IMG/VR virus record: IMGVR_UViG_3300029305_009146
Source: an uncultured virus (IMG/VR IMGVR_UViG_3300029305_009146)
Taxonomy: Duplodnaviria > Heunggongvirae > Uroviricota > Caudoviricetes
DNA: 64,000 nucleotides
Strand: one strand, 5' to 3'
Shown here: one piece after another, positions 1 to 9,324 of the stretch
Position numbering within the stretch: the stretch's first letter is position 1
Layout: every line of letters starts with the position of its first letter
Notes under the pieces: model-generated
Database searches by the model: none
What the model was told of the DNA's origin: nothing
The model's input: the letters and a program-made list of their open reading frames with translations, nothing else
Made by a program: the position numbers and the translations under genes

Positions 1-147
1 CCCGCCTTGGTCAAAGAATTAAACAGCGTACTCTTTCCTACATTCGGAAGACCTACAATACCTAACTTCATTTTACTTATCACCTATTCGAAAATGCCTT
101 ATTTCCCGGCATTTCCGCCTTTCTCTATTTTTTTGCTACACAAATCA

Positions 148-1281
148 CTACACAATTTTTAGGGCACTTTCGATTTTTTCGATTTCTTTTACGCTTTCGT
201 CTTCGGTCACGTGAACGTATAAGTTCATCGTGATTCCCACATTAGAGTGTCCCAGAATAACCTGCAACGTTTTTGGGCGCATACCGCCTTCGATACACCG
301 AGTGGCCATCGTGTGTCTCAACACATGCATGGAGAACCTTTTAATACCTGCCTTATCACAAAGCTTGAATAAGGTAGAATCATATGCCGAGTTTTTGGTA
401 GGCTCGCCTTTCCGGTTAAGAAAAACAAGATTTGCGAAACGCACGTTGATTACTTTAAGCGACCGGACTATCTCTTTTTGTTCCATCAGTATTGCGAAGG
501 CTTCTTCCGTTAGCGGAATATCCCGATACCCCGATTTGCTCTTAGGGGGACCAATCCGCCACTCACCTACCGAATGCCGGTATTCCATACTTCTTTCAAT
601 ATGAATAATACGTTTTTCAAAGTCGATATCGGTCCATTCCAATCCTATCAATTCCCCGGTACGAAGTCCGGTTTGAAGAATAAACGCATATTGATTGTAA
701 TTACTGCATGGCCTTGCGACTTCAAGAAAACGCCGTTGTTCTTCCCGTGTCAGGGCCCTGACCTTTTTTGATTCTTTTCCTATATCGTGCTTTACTGATT
801 TTGTTACCGGGTTTCGATAGATAATGTCGTTTTCCACGGCATCTGTAAACATGCAGAATAATGTTATCCGCACCTGCCCAATAGTGGAGGATTTATACTT
901 TTTTTCCATGTGGTTTAAGACACTCTGGCAATGCATAGGCTTCACGTCAGAGAGTAACATATTCCCAATATACGGCTTGATATTACGGATATATCGTTCC
1001 GTATAGTTTCTGATAGTATTGGGTCTTATGCTGTTTCCTTTGATATGTACAATCCAGTAATCAAACCATGCAGAAACTGTCATATCCTTCGAAGCACTAA
1101 TTTTGTTGTGCTCATCGTCAAACCTGGCGTCTGCGTACCATTTGCGGCAATCCTGAAGTTTGTGAAAATATTTTTGAACAGGCTTGCCGGTTGTTTTACT
1201 GATAAAACGTGCGGTATAGAGCCCATCCTTGCGTTGGCAAATGCCAACACCCAGCTCCTTTCCTTTTAAATCTTTTCCCAT
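148..1281 (-). CDS. int: Tyrosine recombinase/integrase (Tn916/phage type)
   Basis: 377 aa; TGLRTGE (R), HVLRHT (HxxR), LGHS and LYVH catalytic motifs; N-terminal arm-binding-like region. Confidence 0.95.
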   Translation of the reverse strand: MGKDLKGKELGVGICQRKDGLYTARFISKTTGKPVQKYFHKLQDCRKWYADARFDDEHNKISASKDMTVSAWFDYWIVHIKGNSIRPNTIRNYTERYIRNIKPYIGNMLLSDVKPMHCQSVLNHMEKKYKSSTIGQVRITLFCMFTDAVENDIIYRNPVTKSVKHDIGKESKKVRALTREEQRRFLEVARPCSNYNQYAFILQTGLRTGELIGLEWTDIDFEKRIIHIERSMEYRHSVGEWRIGPPKSKSGYRDIPLTEEAFAILMEQKEIVRSLKVINVRFANLVFLNRKGEPTKNSAYDSTLFKLCDKAGIKRFSMHVLRHTMATRCIEGGMRPKTLQVILGHSNVGITMNLYVHVTEDESVKEIEKIESALKIV

Positions 1282-1354
1282 TTAGGCCTCCTTTTTTGGA
1301 TAAAAAGAGCCCCGATACAGTAAACAGAATACCATATCCCGGCTCAAATGTCCA

Positions 1355-1573
1355 TCAGATTTCATTCATTTTTTCAATAAAGTTCTCAAACGCCTTGCGC
1401 TTAATAATTCTTTTCTTTCCTATAAATAATACAAAAGGACAGCGCGGGTCATTTGTCATGTCATAGAGCTTGTTAATCCCAATATTGCTATAGGCAGAAG
1501 CTTCTTCGATTGACAAGTTAAGTTTTTCCCAAATGGGAACCTGCAATTTGGTTTCCGTATCTTCCTTATTCAT
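1355..1573 (-). CDS. xis: Excisionase / HTH DNA-binding protein
   Basis: 72 aa, VPIWEKLNLSIEEASAYSNIGINKLY pattern of Firmicutes excisionases; directly upstream of int; AGGAGG RBS. Confidence 0.85.
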   Translation of the reverse strand: MNKEDTETKLQVPIWEKLNLSIEEASAYSNIGINKLYDMTNDPRCPFVLFIGKKRIIKRKAFENFIEKMNEI

Positions 1574-1602
1574 ACAACACCTCCTGAAGTGAAATCATAT
1601 TT

Positions 1603-1631
1603 GTTAAGGGAAAAATAACGCCTTATATAAA
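1603..1631 (-). promoter_or_regulatory. Element promoter-like motif TTTATA-N16-CCTTAAC
   Basis: Upstream of xis-int, after a terminator hairpin. Confidence 0.7.
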
Positions 1632-1664
1632 AAAAGAGGATGGAATTTTCTTCCATCCTTCTTT

Positions 1665-2225
1665 TTAGCAAAATCCTAACTCTTCATATCCCGCATCAGC
1701 GAAGTCCATTTGCTGTCCATCCACGCCCCGGCGCTGTTTTTCTTCTGCTTTTTCTTCTAAATTGTTAAGGAAGTTCTGAAGAATTTCTTTGGTAAAATCC
1801 CCGTACTCTTGACGCAGAGCTTTAGTCTCCACATAGACATTTTCCCAAAAGGAATCCACTTCCTGTCGGTTGGAATTGTCTGGGAGCAGTACCGGCGGGT
1901 CGTCGTATTTTCTTGAAAGCTCAACAAACTTTCCATAAAACCCGAACTCTGGAGAGCCTTTTTCAAAGGAATCTTCCTGCTGTTTTAAAATACGGTACTG
2001 GGCTTCCAAAACGCCTGCGCGTCGTTCCATCTCCTTCATAAAGCTCAGTACCATATTTTTGGCGTAGGATGTGGGATGCTTTTTCTCAACAAATTCTCTT
2101 GCGTCGTTATCGAGTCTCTGCCAGTACGCGTCCGTAGATAAGCCGTCTTTGTCAAACTCAATGTTCTTGTTTCTTTTCATGAATCTCCAAAAATCTGCAT
2201 AAAATGCATCGTTTGCTGCTTCCAT
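1665..2225 (-). CDS. Hypothetical protein with two internal helical repeats
   Basis: Start moved to MEAAND (AGGAGG RBS); FYxxF...DxxW...F...LExxA occurs twice. Confidence 0.7.
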   Translation of the reverse strand: MEAANDAFYADFWRFMKRNKNIEFDKDGLSTDAYWQRLDNDAREFVEKKHPTSYAKNMVLSFMKEMERRAGVLEAQYRILKQQEDSFEKGSPEFGFYGKFVELSRKYDDPPVLLPDNSNRQEVDSFWENVYVETKALRQEYGDFTKEILQNFLNNLEEKAEEKQRRGVDGQQMDFADAGYEELGFC

Positions 2226-2236
2226 AGTACACCTCC

Positions 2237-2833
2237 TTAAAACAACTCCGGACATTCCTGTGCCGGAATACCTCTTTTTCCCATCTCTTTCACATAACTG
2301 CGGTAAATAAGCTCAGCCACTCTTTCAGGAGGATAAATATCCCCATAAGAAGGGACGACAACATCTATCAGCATTTTTACATCTGCATAACGTTTGTAAT
2401 CAGATGAAATTCGGCGTTCCACCTCAGCTTCGCTCCAGTTTCGAGAAGCGATACGTTCCCTCATTACATCCTCAGGCAAAAAGAGCTGCGCAACAAAAAT
2501 TTCATCCTTCATGGGGCCTTCTTTAAGCATTTTTATTCCATCCGGAGAACATATCATAACCCGGTTCGAGGTATAATCATCAATAATCGAACCATAATAC
2601 CACGGTTTGTCATCGTCAGCTACATGGAATATTTCAAATTCCGCCAGCATGCCGGAATCAATCATCTGTTCAAAAGTTTTGTTGTCGGTACCATGATAGG
2701 TTTTGCCATCTATTTCGCCTGGGCGAAACGGTCTGGTTGTAAACCGGACAATCGGCTCTAAGCCGTAACGCTCTTTTAAAATCTTTAAAACTGTGTCCTT
2801 GCCGCATGTGGGCATTCCACAAAGAATCAGCAT
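2237..2833 (-). CDS. gmk: Guanylate kinase-like protein
   Basis: P-loop GMPTCGKDT, TTRPFRPGEIDGKTYH and YYGS motifs. Confidence 0.85.
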   Translation of the reverse strand: MLILCGMPTCGKDTVLKILKERYGLEPIVRFTTRPFRPGEIDGKTYHGTDNKTFEQMIDSGMLAEFEIFHVADDDKPWYYGSIIDDYTSNRVMICSPDGIKMLKEGPMKDEIFVAQLFLPEDVMRERIASRNWSEAEVERRISSDYKRYADVKMLIDVVVPSYGDIYPPERVAELIYRSYVKEMGKRGIPAQECPELF

Positions 2834-2835
2834 AA

Positions 2836-3078
2836 CTATCTCTCCATTTCTTCATCCTTACCTATTTTTATACAACAATCAGTCCCCGGAACAATCGCCA
2901 GCGTACTCCCTGTTGCCCAGGCTACGTGTATCTGTCCGGCGTCATCTACGTACCGTACAATGCCCCTGGTCCCGGGTTCCGGTGCTTGTTTATCATCCAT
3001 ATAGATAAGTTCCAGTTCTGCACCTGCCGGGTACTTTTTTCTGATTGCATCTACTTCTGCTCTGCTCGGAAATCTCAT
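2836..3078 (-). CDS. DUF4314 family protein
   Basis: KYPAGAELELIYMDD...GTRGIVRYVDDAGQIHVAW pattern; start MRFPS overlaps the upstream stop (ATGA). Confidence 0.8.
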   Translation of the reverse strand: MRFPSRAEVDAIRKKYPAGAELELIYMDDKQAPEPGTRGIVRYVDDAGQIHVAWATGSTLAIVPGTDCCIKIGKDEEMER

Positions 3079-4052
3079 CGCCCTATCTCCTCTTCCTGTT
3101 CTTTTTCTTCTGTATGAAAGGTTAGGTCTGTTTTCCATAATCCGTCACTTACCGCATACACATTGTGGACGCTCCACGGAAGTTGTTCGCGAAATCCGTA
3201 ACATTTATCGATGTCCGGAATAAGGTCGGCAATCATGAAATATGGAAGTTCTACATCTTTATCCAGTTCAATCTCAAGGACAGAACCTCCGCCATTCCAT
3301 TTGTCAAACAGTCCGCATTCTGTATTTTTAGGGATAGTGACAGTGCCGTTTTCCCCATGCTGGATATCATCTATCAATTTCATATAGTCAAGGAGCGGCA
3401 TTTTTATAAGAAAGATGAGTGCACCCATGCTTGATGTAAGATTTTCAAGCTCCGAGACAGCAGAAGACACAAAGCGGTCTTCCATTTTCACGGGGCCCGG
3501 GGACAAACAGTCCTTGACCGCTTTTCTTAAAAGCTCTTCTTTGCCTTGTTGTTTTGCCAGCCACAGGATGGAGGATTCTTCAGGGAACTCTCCGTCGCCG
3601 TTTGCAGCATAATTGAGAATATTGTTGCAGGTATAGTCATAGTCGGCGTCTCCGGAGTCTACAAAAAGAGTCAGGCACACGCTCCTGTTATAGTGTGCTT
3701 TATCCGCCTCGTAATGGACATGCTCTTCGAGCCACAACAAAATATCGTCCTTGAAATGCTCGAAAAGCTCAGCCGGAAGGGCTCCTTCAATTTTGTCCAT
3801 CAGCTCCGGATATTCATGTTCCCAACTCTTCTCGGTTTCCATATCATAGAAGTATTCATCCAGCGCTTCCCGCGGGAACTCTGCAGACATAATATCTTTT
3901 AAAGTGCAATTTTCTATTTCGTCCCGGTAATCAGCAAAAAGGGTAGAAAAATATTCCCCGTCTTCTTTCCGGTCCCAGTCTTCTTTATCCAGAATGTTCT
4001 TTATTATTGTTTCTATGCCATCCCAGAATATATCCATGTTTTCCTTTTCCAT
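3075..4052 (-). CDS. Acidic hypothetical protein
   Basis: 325-aa ORF with RBS, in operon orientation. Confidence 0.75.
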   Translation of the reverse strand: MEKENMDIFWDGIETIIKNILDKEDWDRKEDGEYFSTLFADYRDEIENCTLKDIMSAEFPREALDEYFYDMETEKSWEHEYPELMDKIEGALPAELFEHFKDDILLWLEEHVHYEADKAHYNRSVCLTLFVDSGDADYDYTCNNILNYAANGDGEFPEESSILWLAKQQGKEELLRKAVKDCLSPGPVKMEDRFVSSAVSELENLTSSMGALIFLIKMPLLDYMKLIDDIQHGENGTVTIPKNTECGLFDKWNGGGSVLEIELDKDVELPYFMIADLIPDIDKCYGFREQLPWSVHNVYAVSDGLWKTDLTFHTEEKEQEEEIGR

Positions 4053-4145
4053 AAAAATCTCCCTCTTTCGAATGCAGAATTATGAATTATGAATTAAGAA
4101 TGGTGGTATCTCCATTATTCCTTATTCATTATTCATTGTATCTCT

Positions 4146-4152
4146 GTTAAGG
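4146..4152 (-). promoter_or_regulatory. Element motif core (TTTTC)CCTTAAC
   Basis: Intergenic, upstream of 3075..4052; no TTTATT box at N16. Confidence 0.6.
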
Positions 4153-4162
4153 GAAAATTTTC

Positions 4163-4423
4163 TTAGATGACTTTTTGGTAATAATAAATAAGAATAAATC
4201 CGAGTGGCCACGGGATTATGGATATGACGTGTTTTGGAAGAACATCGTCCATATTTATAAAATCAAGCAAATCGTCCAGTGTTTCAAAATCACCTCTTTT
4301 GTAATATGAATCTGTTTTGCAATCTACGTTTGCGCATATCGGGCATTGCAACAGCAGTCCCTTTTTCTTTGGTGTAACCGTCCATTCTTCGCCAACATAT
4401 TTACAAAATTTACATTCTTTCAT
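4163..4423 (-). CDS. Small Cys-rich (zinc-binding) hypothetical protein
   Basis: CKFC and CPIC pairs; start at MKECKF with GGAGG RBS. Confidence 0.6.
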   Translation of the reverse strand: MKECKFCKYVGEEWTVTPKKKGLLLQCPICANVDCKTDSYYKRGDFETLDDLLDFINMDDVLPKHVISIIPWPLGFILIYYYQKVI

Positions 4424-4494
4424 GATTTTGTCCTCCTGTAATCTTTTATTTTCTTGCAAATCACAGGTTTTCACTGCTTTTTTCTTACAATACT

Positions 4495-4523
4495 GTTAAG
4501 GAAAATAATTAGGCACTTTTAAA
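4495..4523 (-). promoter_or_regulatory. Element promoter-like motif TTTAAA-N16-CCTTAAC
   Basis: One of a divergent pair of motif copies. Confidence 0.65.
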
Positions 4524-4532
4524 ATTTCTTTC

Positions 4533-4539
4533 CCTTAAC
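4533..4539 (+). promoter_or_regulatory. Element motif core (TTTC)CCTTAAC on + strand
   Basis: Only intergenic + strand copy seen; 32 nt upstream of the only + strand gene. Confidence 0.7.
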
Positions 4540-4571
4540 ATAAAGTGTATATACTTTGAAAGGAGAATTTT

Positions 4572-5453
4572 ATGGCAGACAAATACAGTTTTATTACAAT
4601 CAAGAAAATAAATTCTATGGGTGTGCTCAGCAAGGCATATTCTCACAACTACCGGACATCGTTTGTTCCTAACGCAGACAGTTCCCTTCACATGAAAAAC
4701 GAAGAGCTGGTCAACAAGAGCCACTTAAACTATAATGAACGCTGGGAACGTCGCATGAAAGAAGCCGGAGCAAAACTTGGGCGAAAAGATGCTGTCCGGG
4801 CATATGAAATCATTACAACCTATTCCGATACCGGATTTGTGGATGTGGAGGAATGGAAAAAAGACAATGTAAAATGGATGCAGGACTACTTTGGAAAAGA
4901 CAATGTGCTATCCATGATGTTTCACGGGGACGAGTGCGGGAATGTACATATCCACTCGATTGTAATTCCTATCGATGAACGAGGGCGCCTTTGTGCAAAG
5001 TCTTTCACGGGTGGTGCGAAAAAAATGCACGAGTTACAAAATTCTTACGGCGCAGCAATGGAAAAGCATGGTTTAAAGAGAGGTCTTGAAAACAGCAGAG
5101 CAAAGCACCAGGACATTCGCCGTTTTTATGCGGCACTCAATAACGCAGTTTCTGCTAAAATCCCGGAGAGAGAACAAGGAGAGGATTTCGAGGAGTATTT
5201 TAATCGTGTAAATACTTACCTGCAGGAAAAAGAACTCAAAAATCTTGGCGAAAAACAAGCATTAAAACGTGAGGTAGATGAAGCAAAGACGCATCTCTTC
5301 ACGTTTAAAAAGAAATACAAAAAGGCCATCAAGCTTCACGACACATGGGAAGGCCTTTACGGACTGGAAAGCACTGAAATGCAGTTTGACCGGCTTCTTG
5401 CAAAAACAGAAGAAAATAAACAGACTGCAAAGGAAAAGGAACTATCCGAATAG
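4572..5453 (+). CDS. mobV: MobV/Pre family relaxase (plasmid recombination enzyme)
   Basis: HNYR motif I and HGDECGNVHIHSIVIP HUH motif; coiled-coil C-terminus. Confidence 0.9.
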   Translation: MADKYSFITIKKINSMGVLSKAYSHNYRTSFVPNADSSLHMKNEELVNKSHLNYNERWERRMKEAGAKLGRKDAVRAYEIITTYSDTGFVDVEEWKKDNVKWMQDYFGKDNVLSMMFHGDECGNVHIHSIVIPIDERGRLCAKSFTGGAKKMHELQNSYGAAMEKHGLKRGLENSRAKHQDIRRFYAALNNAVSAKIPEREQGEDFEEYFNRVNTYLQEKELKNLGEKQALKREVDEAKTHLFTFKKKYKKAIKLHDTWEGLYGLESTEMQFDRLLAKTEENKQTAKEKELSE

Positions 5454-5474
5454 TTTTAAGAAACGTTATTTGAG

Positions 5475-5513
5475 AAAAAAGAAAAGAGCGGGGATAAAAC
5501 CCGCTCTTCTTTT
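5475..5513. terminator. Bidirectional intrinsic terminator
   Basis: AAGAGCGGG/CCCGCTCTT stem with A and T tracts between convergent genes. Confidence 0.85.
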
Positions 5514-5772
5514 ATAGTCTTTTGTATGGGAGCACAACAGTAAGCCCATGTCTAATTTTATGTTCCTTGCTCTCCCACTCTTCAAAACGTAAAATTTCGT
5601 CATCGGCAGAATAAGTGTCTCCATCTTTCGAGATTAACACTCCGGTACGACTACAGCAGATACCGGCAAAGAAATCATCTTCTTTGTCACATCCGGAAAT
5701 TTCTTTTGGTAAATCAATTCGGACCGAGATGTAATCATAGTCTTTTTTCTTAATTAAATCACCAAGCGTCAT
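5512..5772 (-). CDS. Hypothetical protein
   Basis: Start at MTLGDL with AAGGAGG RBS just after the recJ stop. Confidence 0.6.
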   Translation of the reverse strand: MTLGDLIKKKDYDYISVRIDLPKEISGCDKEDDFFAGICCSRTGVLISKDGDTYSADDEILRFEEWESKEHKIRHGLTVVLPYKRL

Positions 5773-5782
5773 AATATCCTCC

Positions 5783-7492
5783 TTAAAAATCAAGCTCTTC
5801 GTATTCATACTCGGAGTCTTCCTCCGCTCCCGGTTCTTCTCTATCGACAACTTCTTGAACCTTAAACTGTATGCTTGCTTTTCCCATGAACACATTCTGT
5901 TCAATGGTCCCCACAGCATCAAAGCACTCCGGATTGCGAAGTTTTGCGTCTACATGCCCGAAGTGAAGCATTTTTATGCCGTTTGCGTTAATGGAGAGAT
6001 GTCTCTTGTCTGCGCCGATAAGCTGAGACTGCATTTTTGTAAGGTCAACCGGGACTTTAAACACCGGCATGGGATTGCCTTCGCCAAACGGTCGCATTTC
6101 TTCCATTTCCTCAAAACATTTCTTTATTTCTGCCGGCATAATCGTGATGTCTGGTTCAATATGGAATTCTTCCATATCCCGTTCTTCGGCCATCTCCTGA
6201 AATTTTTCAAACTGTTCCATGGTAACACGAAGGCCTGCGGCGCCACAATGTCCACCAAAACCAACTACATTATCTTCGTGTTCTTTCAGGAAATTAAAGA
6301 TGTGAAACTCCCCATCAGAACGAGCACTTCCCTTTAAACATCCGGCAGCTTCATTTTCGGTCACAACAAAAGCCGGACGATGGTATTTTTCGGAAAGATG
6401 TCCTGCCAAAATGCCGACAATACCCTCGTGAAGGTGCTCTTTTGTCACCCAGAGCGGATATTTGTTCTGAAGGTTGTTTTTCTCCACGTACTCTTCTACC
6501 AGTGCCATCTGTTCTTTAACGAGCTCTTTTCGTTCTTTGTTGATGTTGTTAAGCGCCTCTGCTCCCTGCACAGTCGGATTCTTTAAATACTCCAGCACAA
6601 TTTGCCCGCCGTCATCATAGAGGCGTCCTGGGGCATTAAACATCGGACCAAGCACAAAACCTAAGTAATACTCGTCTGTGAACAACGGGTCGTAACCCGC
6701 AGCAAACATCATCTCTTTTAACGCCGGGGATATTTTCCCTTCTCTGGCGTTATACATGAACTCACGACACATCAGCCAGTTTTCTTCATGAAGCGTCATA
6801 ACATCCGCAAAGGTAGCCACCGCCGCAAACTGACGAAGCTCTTCTCTTGCTTCCTTTGACAAACGGCTCTCGAAAAGCTTATAAATTACCCCGGCACCGC
6901 AATAGAGATTGCTCTTAAAGGGATTCGACAGTCGTGATACTGCCGGGTTTACTACAAAATCCGCTTCCGGGAGTTCTTTGTCGTCCGCCAATGTATGGTG
7001 GTCGGTAACTGCCACCTTAATGCCGGCGTCACGCGCTTTTTTTAATACGTCCCCTGCGACAATACCATTATCTACAGTGATAATAAGTGTATTTTCTGTG
7101 TCGCCTTCTTCGATAATACGGTCAACGATACGTTCATTAATACCGTAACCTTCCGAAAAGCGGCGAGGAATAAAGATTTTTACATCCTTTCCCGGAAAAA
7201 TGTCTTCTATACCCTCTCGCGCAATGTGAGAAGCACAGATACCATCGCAGTCATAGTCTCCGATAATTCGGATATGTTTTGCCTTTTCAATCATGGAAAG
7301 AAAAACAGACACTGCATGCTCGTTTGTAGAATAGTCTGCCGTTTTCCAGCCACGAAATGTAGACTTGTTGATTCCTAATTTTTCTAACATAATTTCCTCC
7401 ACCTTGTTTCTCTTTGTCCCTTCATGGTTCTTGAGAAACATTCCTAAATCAAAACCCGTAAAAGCCACCTCCTCTCGTGATTTCAGAACCAT
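5783..7492 (-). CDS. recJ: RecJ-like ssDNA exonuclease (DHH/DHHA1)
   Basis: GDYDCDG, TVDNG, TDHH, GSARS and GGH motifs. Confidence 0.93.
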   Translation of the reverse strand: MVLKSREEVAFTGFDLGMFLKNHEGTKRNKVEEIMLEKLGINKSTFRGWKTADYSTNEHAVSVFLSMIEKAKHIRIIGDYDCDGICASHIAREGIEDIFPGKDVKIFIPRRFSEGYGINERIVDRIIEEGDTENTLIITVDNGIVAGDVLKKARDAGIKVAVTDHHTLADDKELPEADFVVNPAVSRLSNPFKSNLYCGAGVIYKLFESRLSKEAREELRQFAAVATFADVMTLHEENWLMCREFMYNAREGKISPALKEMMFAAGYDPLFTDEYYLGFVLGPMFNAPGRLYDDGGQIVLEYLKNPTVQGAEALNNINKERKELVKEQMALVEEYVEKNNLQNKYPLWVTKEHLHEGIVGILAGHLSEKYHRPAFVVTENEAAGCLKGSARSDGEFHIFNFLKEHEDNVVGFGGHCGAAGLRVTMEQFEKFQEMAEERDMEEFHIEPDITIMPAEIKKCFEEMEEMRPFGEGNPMPVFKVPVDLTKMQSQLIGADKRHLSINANGIKMLHFGHVDAKLRNPECFDAVGTIEQNVFMGKASIQFKVQEVVDREEPGAEEDSEYEYEELDF

Positions 7493-7516
7493 ACGATACG
7501 TATAGCTCCTTATAGT

Positions 7517-7545
7517 GTTAAGGAAAAAAATTATAAAGAAATAAA
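7517..7545 (-). promoter_or_regulatory. Element promoter-like motif TTTATT-N16-CCTTAAC
   Basis: Exact match upstream of recJ. Confidence 0.75.
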
Positions 7546-7592
7546 AAAAAGAGTTGCTACGCAGATGCGCAACAACTCTAAAAAATGATTAT

Positions 7593-8333
7593 TTACTTCT
7601 TTTTCTTCTTTGTAAAGAGGAAAATTACCGCTATGGCGACAACGCCAGCACCTACGTAAAGACCTACCGGACTTTTCTTTTCCGGTTCAGGCTCCGGAGG
7701 AAGTTCAATCGGAGGAATCTTTTCCGGGTCTTTTACAATCGGTGTCGGTGCGACGGTTGGCGTCGCCGGAGCTTCTGTCGGTTCCGGAGCATTCGCTTCT
7801 TCGTCGGCCTTTTTCATTGCTGCGTAAGTGATGTCAAGCCACTCCTGCGGGCCTACAAGGCATGTTACATCTTCGAGCATACGTCCGACTAACATGCGCC
7901 CTTCCGGAAAAAGCTTGCAGGATGCAGAACCAAAGGTATCGCCGCTCACACGGCAGGAAACAAAATAATCACCCTGCGGAATATTAATTCTTTCTACCCA
8001 TAAGTTTTCTCCGTTATAATTTGCCGGGTTGAACTTATAAAAGTATTCATCTCCGGTTTCTTTGTCAAGGAAAACGATTCGAGTTACCTGGTTTTTGTAT
8101 TCGTCAGAGATATACAAATAAAAATTAACATTTCCATCCGCCCCGCAAAAAGCGCTAAGTTCTCCGGATGGCGGAATGGTATTGCTCGGTTCGCGGTTTG
8201 TCGGTTCGTGTCCTTCCTCATAAGTTATCTCGTTGTTTTCTTCCGGAAGCACGTTTTCCTCTGCAAAAGCCATTACGGAAGAACTAAACAACATAGTAAA
8301 TAACAAGCATAATCCAAAGATTTTCTTTTTCAT
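7593..8333 (-). CDS. Secreted protein with Pro-rich stalk and C-terminal membrane anchor
   Basis: Signal peptide, PT/PE linker, hydrophobic helix followed by KKKKK. Confidence 0.8.
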   Translation of the reverse strand: MKKKIFGLCLLFTMLFSSSVMAFAEENVLPEENNEITYEEGHEPTNREPSNTIPPSGELSAFCGADGNVNFYLYISDEYKNQVTRIVFLDKETGDEYFYKFNPANYNGENLWVERINIPQGDYFVSCRVSGDTFGSASCKLFPEGRMLVGRMLEDVTCLVGPQEWLDITYAAMKKADEEANAPEPTEAPATPTVAPTPIVKDPEKIPPIELPPEPEPEKKSPVGLYVGAGVVAIAVIFLFTKKKKK

Positions 8334-8420
8334 AAAAACTCTCCTTTCTTCTTGCGTAAGAACCTTGTACTATTGTAGCACATATTGTTGTAATACACAA
8401 GTCCTACTTGTTCTGTATAT

Positions 8421-8449
8421 GTTAAGGAAAATTTTTAGAGTAAAATAAA
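8421..8449 (-). promoter_or_regulatory. Element promoter-like motif TTTATT-N16-CCTTAAC
   Basis: Exact match, intergenic. Confidence 0.75.
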
Positions 8450-8473
8450 AAAAGAAGGATTCCTCCCTCTTTT

Positions 8474-9118
8474 TTAATATCCTCTTCGCCTCTGAGCCTC
8501 CTCTCTCTGAAGCTTCATTATAAACTTATCAATCGCATTGGAAGTGCTCTTAAACTTAGCGCCAACCGTTAAATAGCCATTTTTATCATTTTTCTGCATT
8601 CTTACTGCTGTAGCAAAAACCTTAAATGTTGTTCTTTCTTCCCCATAAGTAAACGTACTACTCAGTTCGTCTCCGCGGGCTATTTCAGCCTCCTGCTTTA
8701 TGGTGAAGGAAATGCCGGTAGATGAAATATCATGGACATAACAATCAATCTCGGTACGCTTCGGCCCAAATTTAAGTTTACAGGGAACGCCAAGTGGGAC
8801 GCGTATACCATTTCTTCGGTTTACCGCGGTGGCATCCGACGCAGATGTAATCAAGTGGTATGTCTGATTTTTAATACGAATGGATGTTATACTATCAACC
8901 TTAAACATAACAGCTTTGGTTTTGTCTACCTGGGATTCCAAAATCATATCCGCAATATTAAAATTTACTACAACGCCATTATAACGGATAGCTTCTACTA
9001 AAATTGCGTTTTTATCTTCATAGGGCCCGACGACCTTGGTTAAAAAACCCCTCTTATCTTTTCCTACTTTGCAAGTAAGGGTAACCTCGCTTTCCGGGAT
9101 GAGTTCGTTTATATACAT
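8474..9118 (-). CDS. PilZ-domain c-di-GMP receptor (YcgR/flagellar-brake-like architecture)
   Basis: RRNGIR (RxxxR) and DISSTG (DxSxxG) motifs. Confidence 0.85.
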   Translation of the reverse strand: MYINELIPESEVTLTCKVGKDKRGFLTKVVGPYEDKNAILVEAIRYNGVVVNFNIADMILESQVDKTKAVMFKVDSITSIRIKNQTYHLITSASDATAVNRRNGIRVPLGVPCKLKFGPKRTEIDCYVHDISSTGISFTIKQEAEIARGDELSSTFTYGEERTTFKVFATAVRMQKNDKNGYLTVGAKFKSTSNAIDKFIMKLQREEAQRRRGY

Positions 9119-9186
9119 AAAATTCCTCCATGAAAGTTATTCGAGAGAAATGGCAACAAATCCGATGCATGTTTACTCTCCTTTTT

Positions 9187-9193
9187 GTTAAGG
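9187..9193 (-). promoter_or_regulatory. Element motif core (TTTT)CCTTAAC
   Basis: Upstream of the PilZ gene. Confidence 0.6.
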
Positions 9194-9324
9194 AAAATCC
9201 AAAATAAATTTTCTCGAAGGCTATTCTGCAATGGTGATATTTTGTTATCGTCCGGAAAAAACTCCCCAAAAATAGCATTAACCCGGGCACAGAAAATTCC
9301 ATACCCGGGGATAATTTTTTATTC

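Noticed and set aside
1..147. Attachment site downstream of the integrase
   Set aside because: No partner repeat or target gene is visible within the window
1764..1770. gttaagg copy inside ORF 1665..2225 (another at 22265 inside the MCP gene)
   Set aside because: Intragenic and explained by codons (FLN, SLN); lacks the N16 TTTATT box; not counted as a promoter
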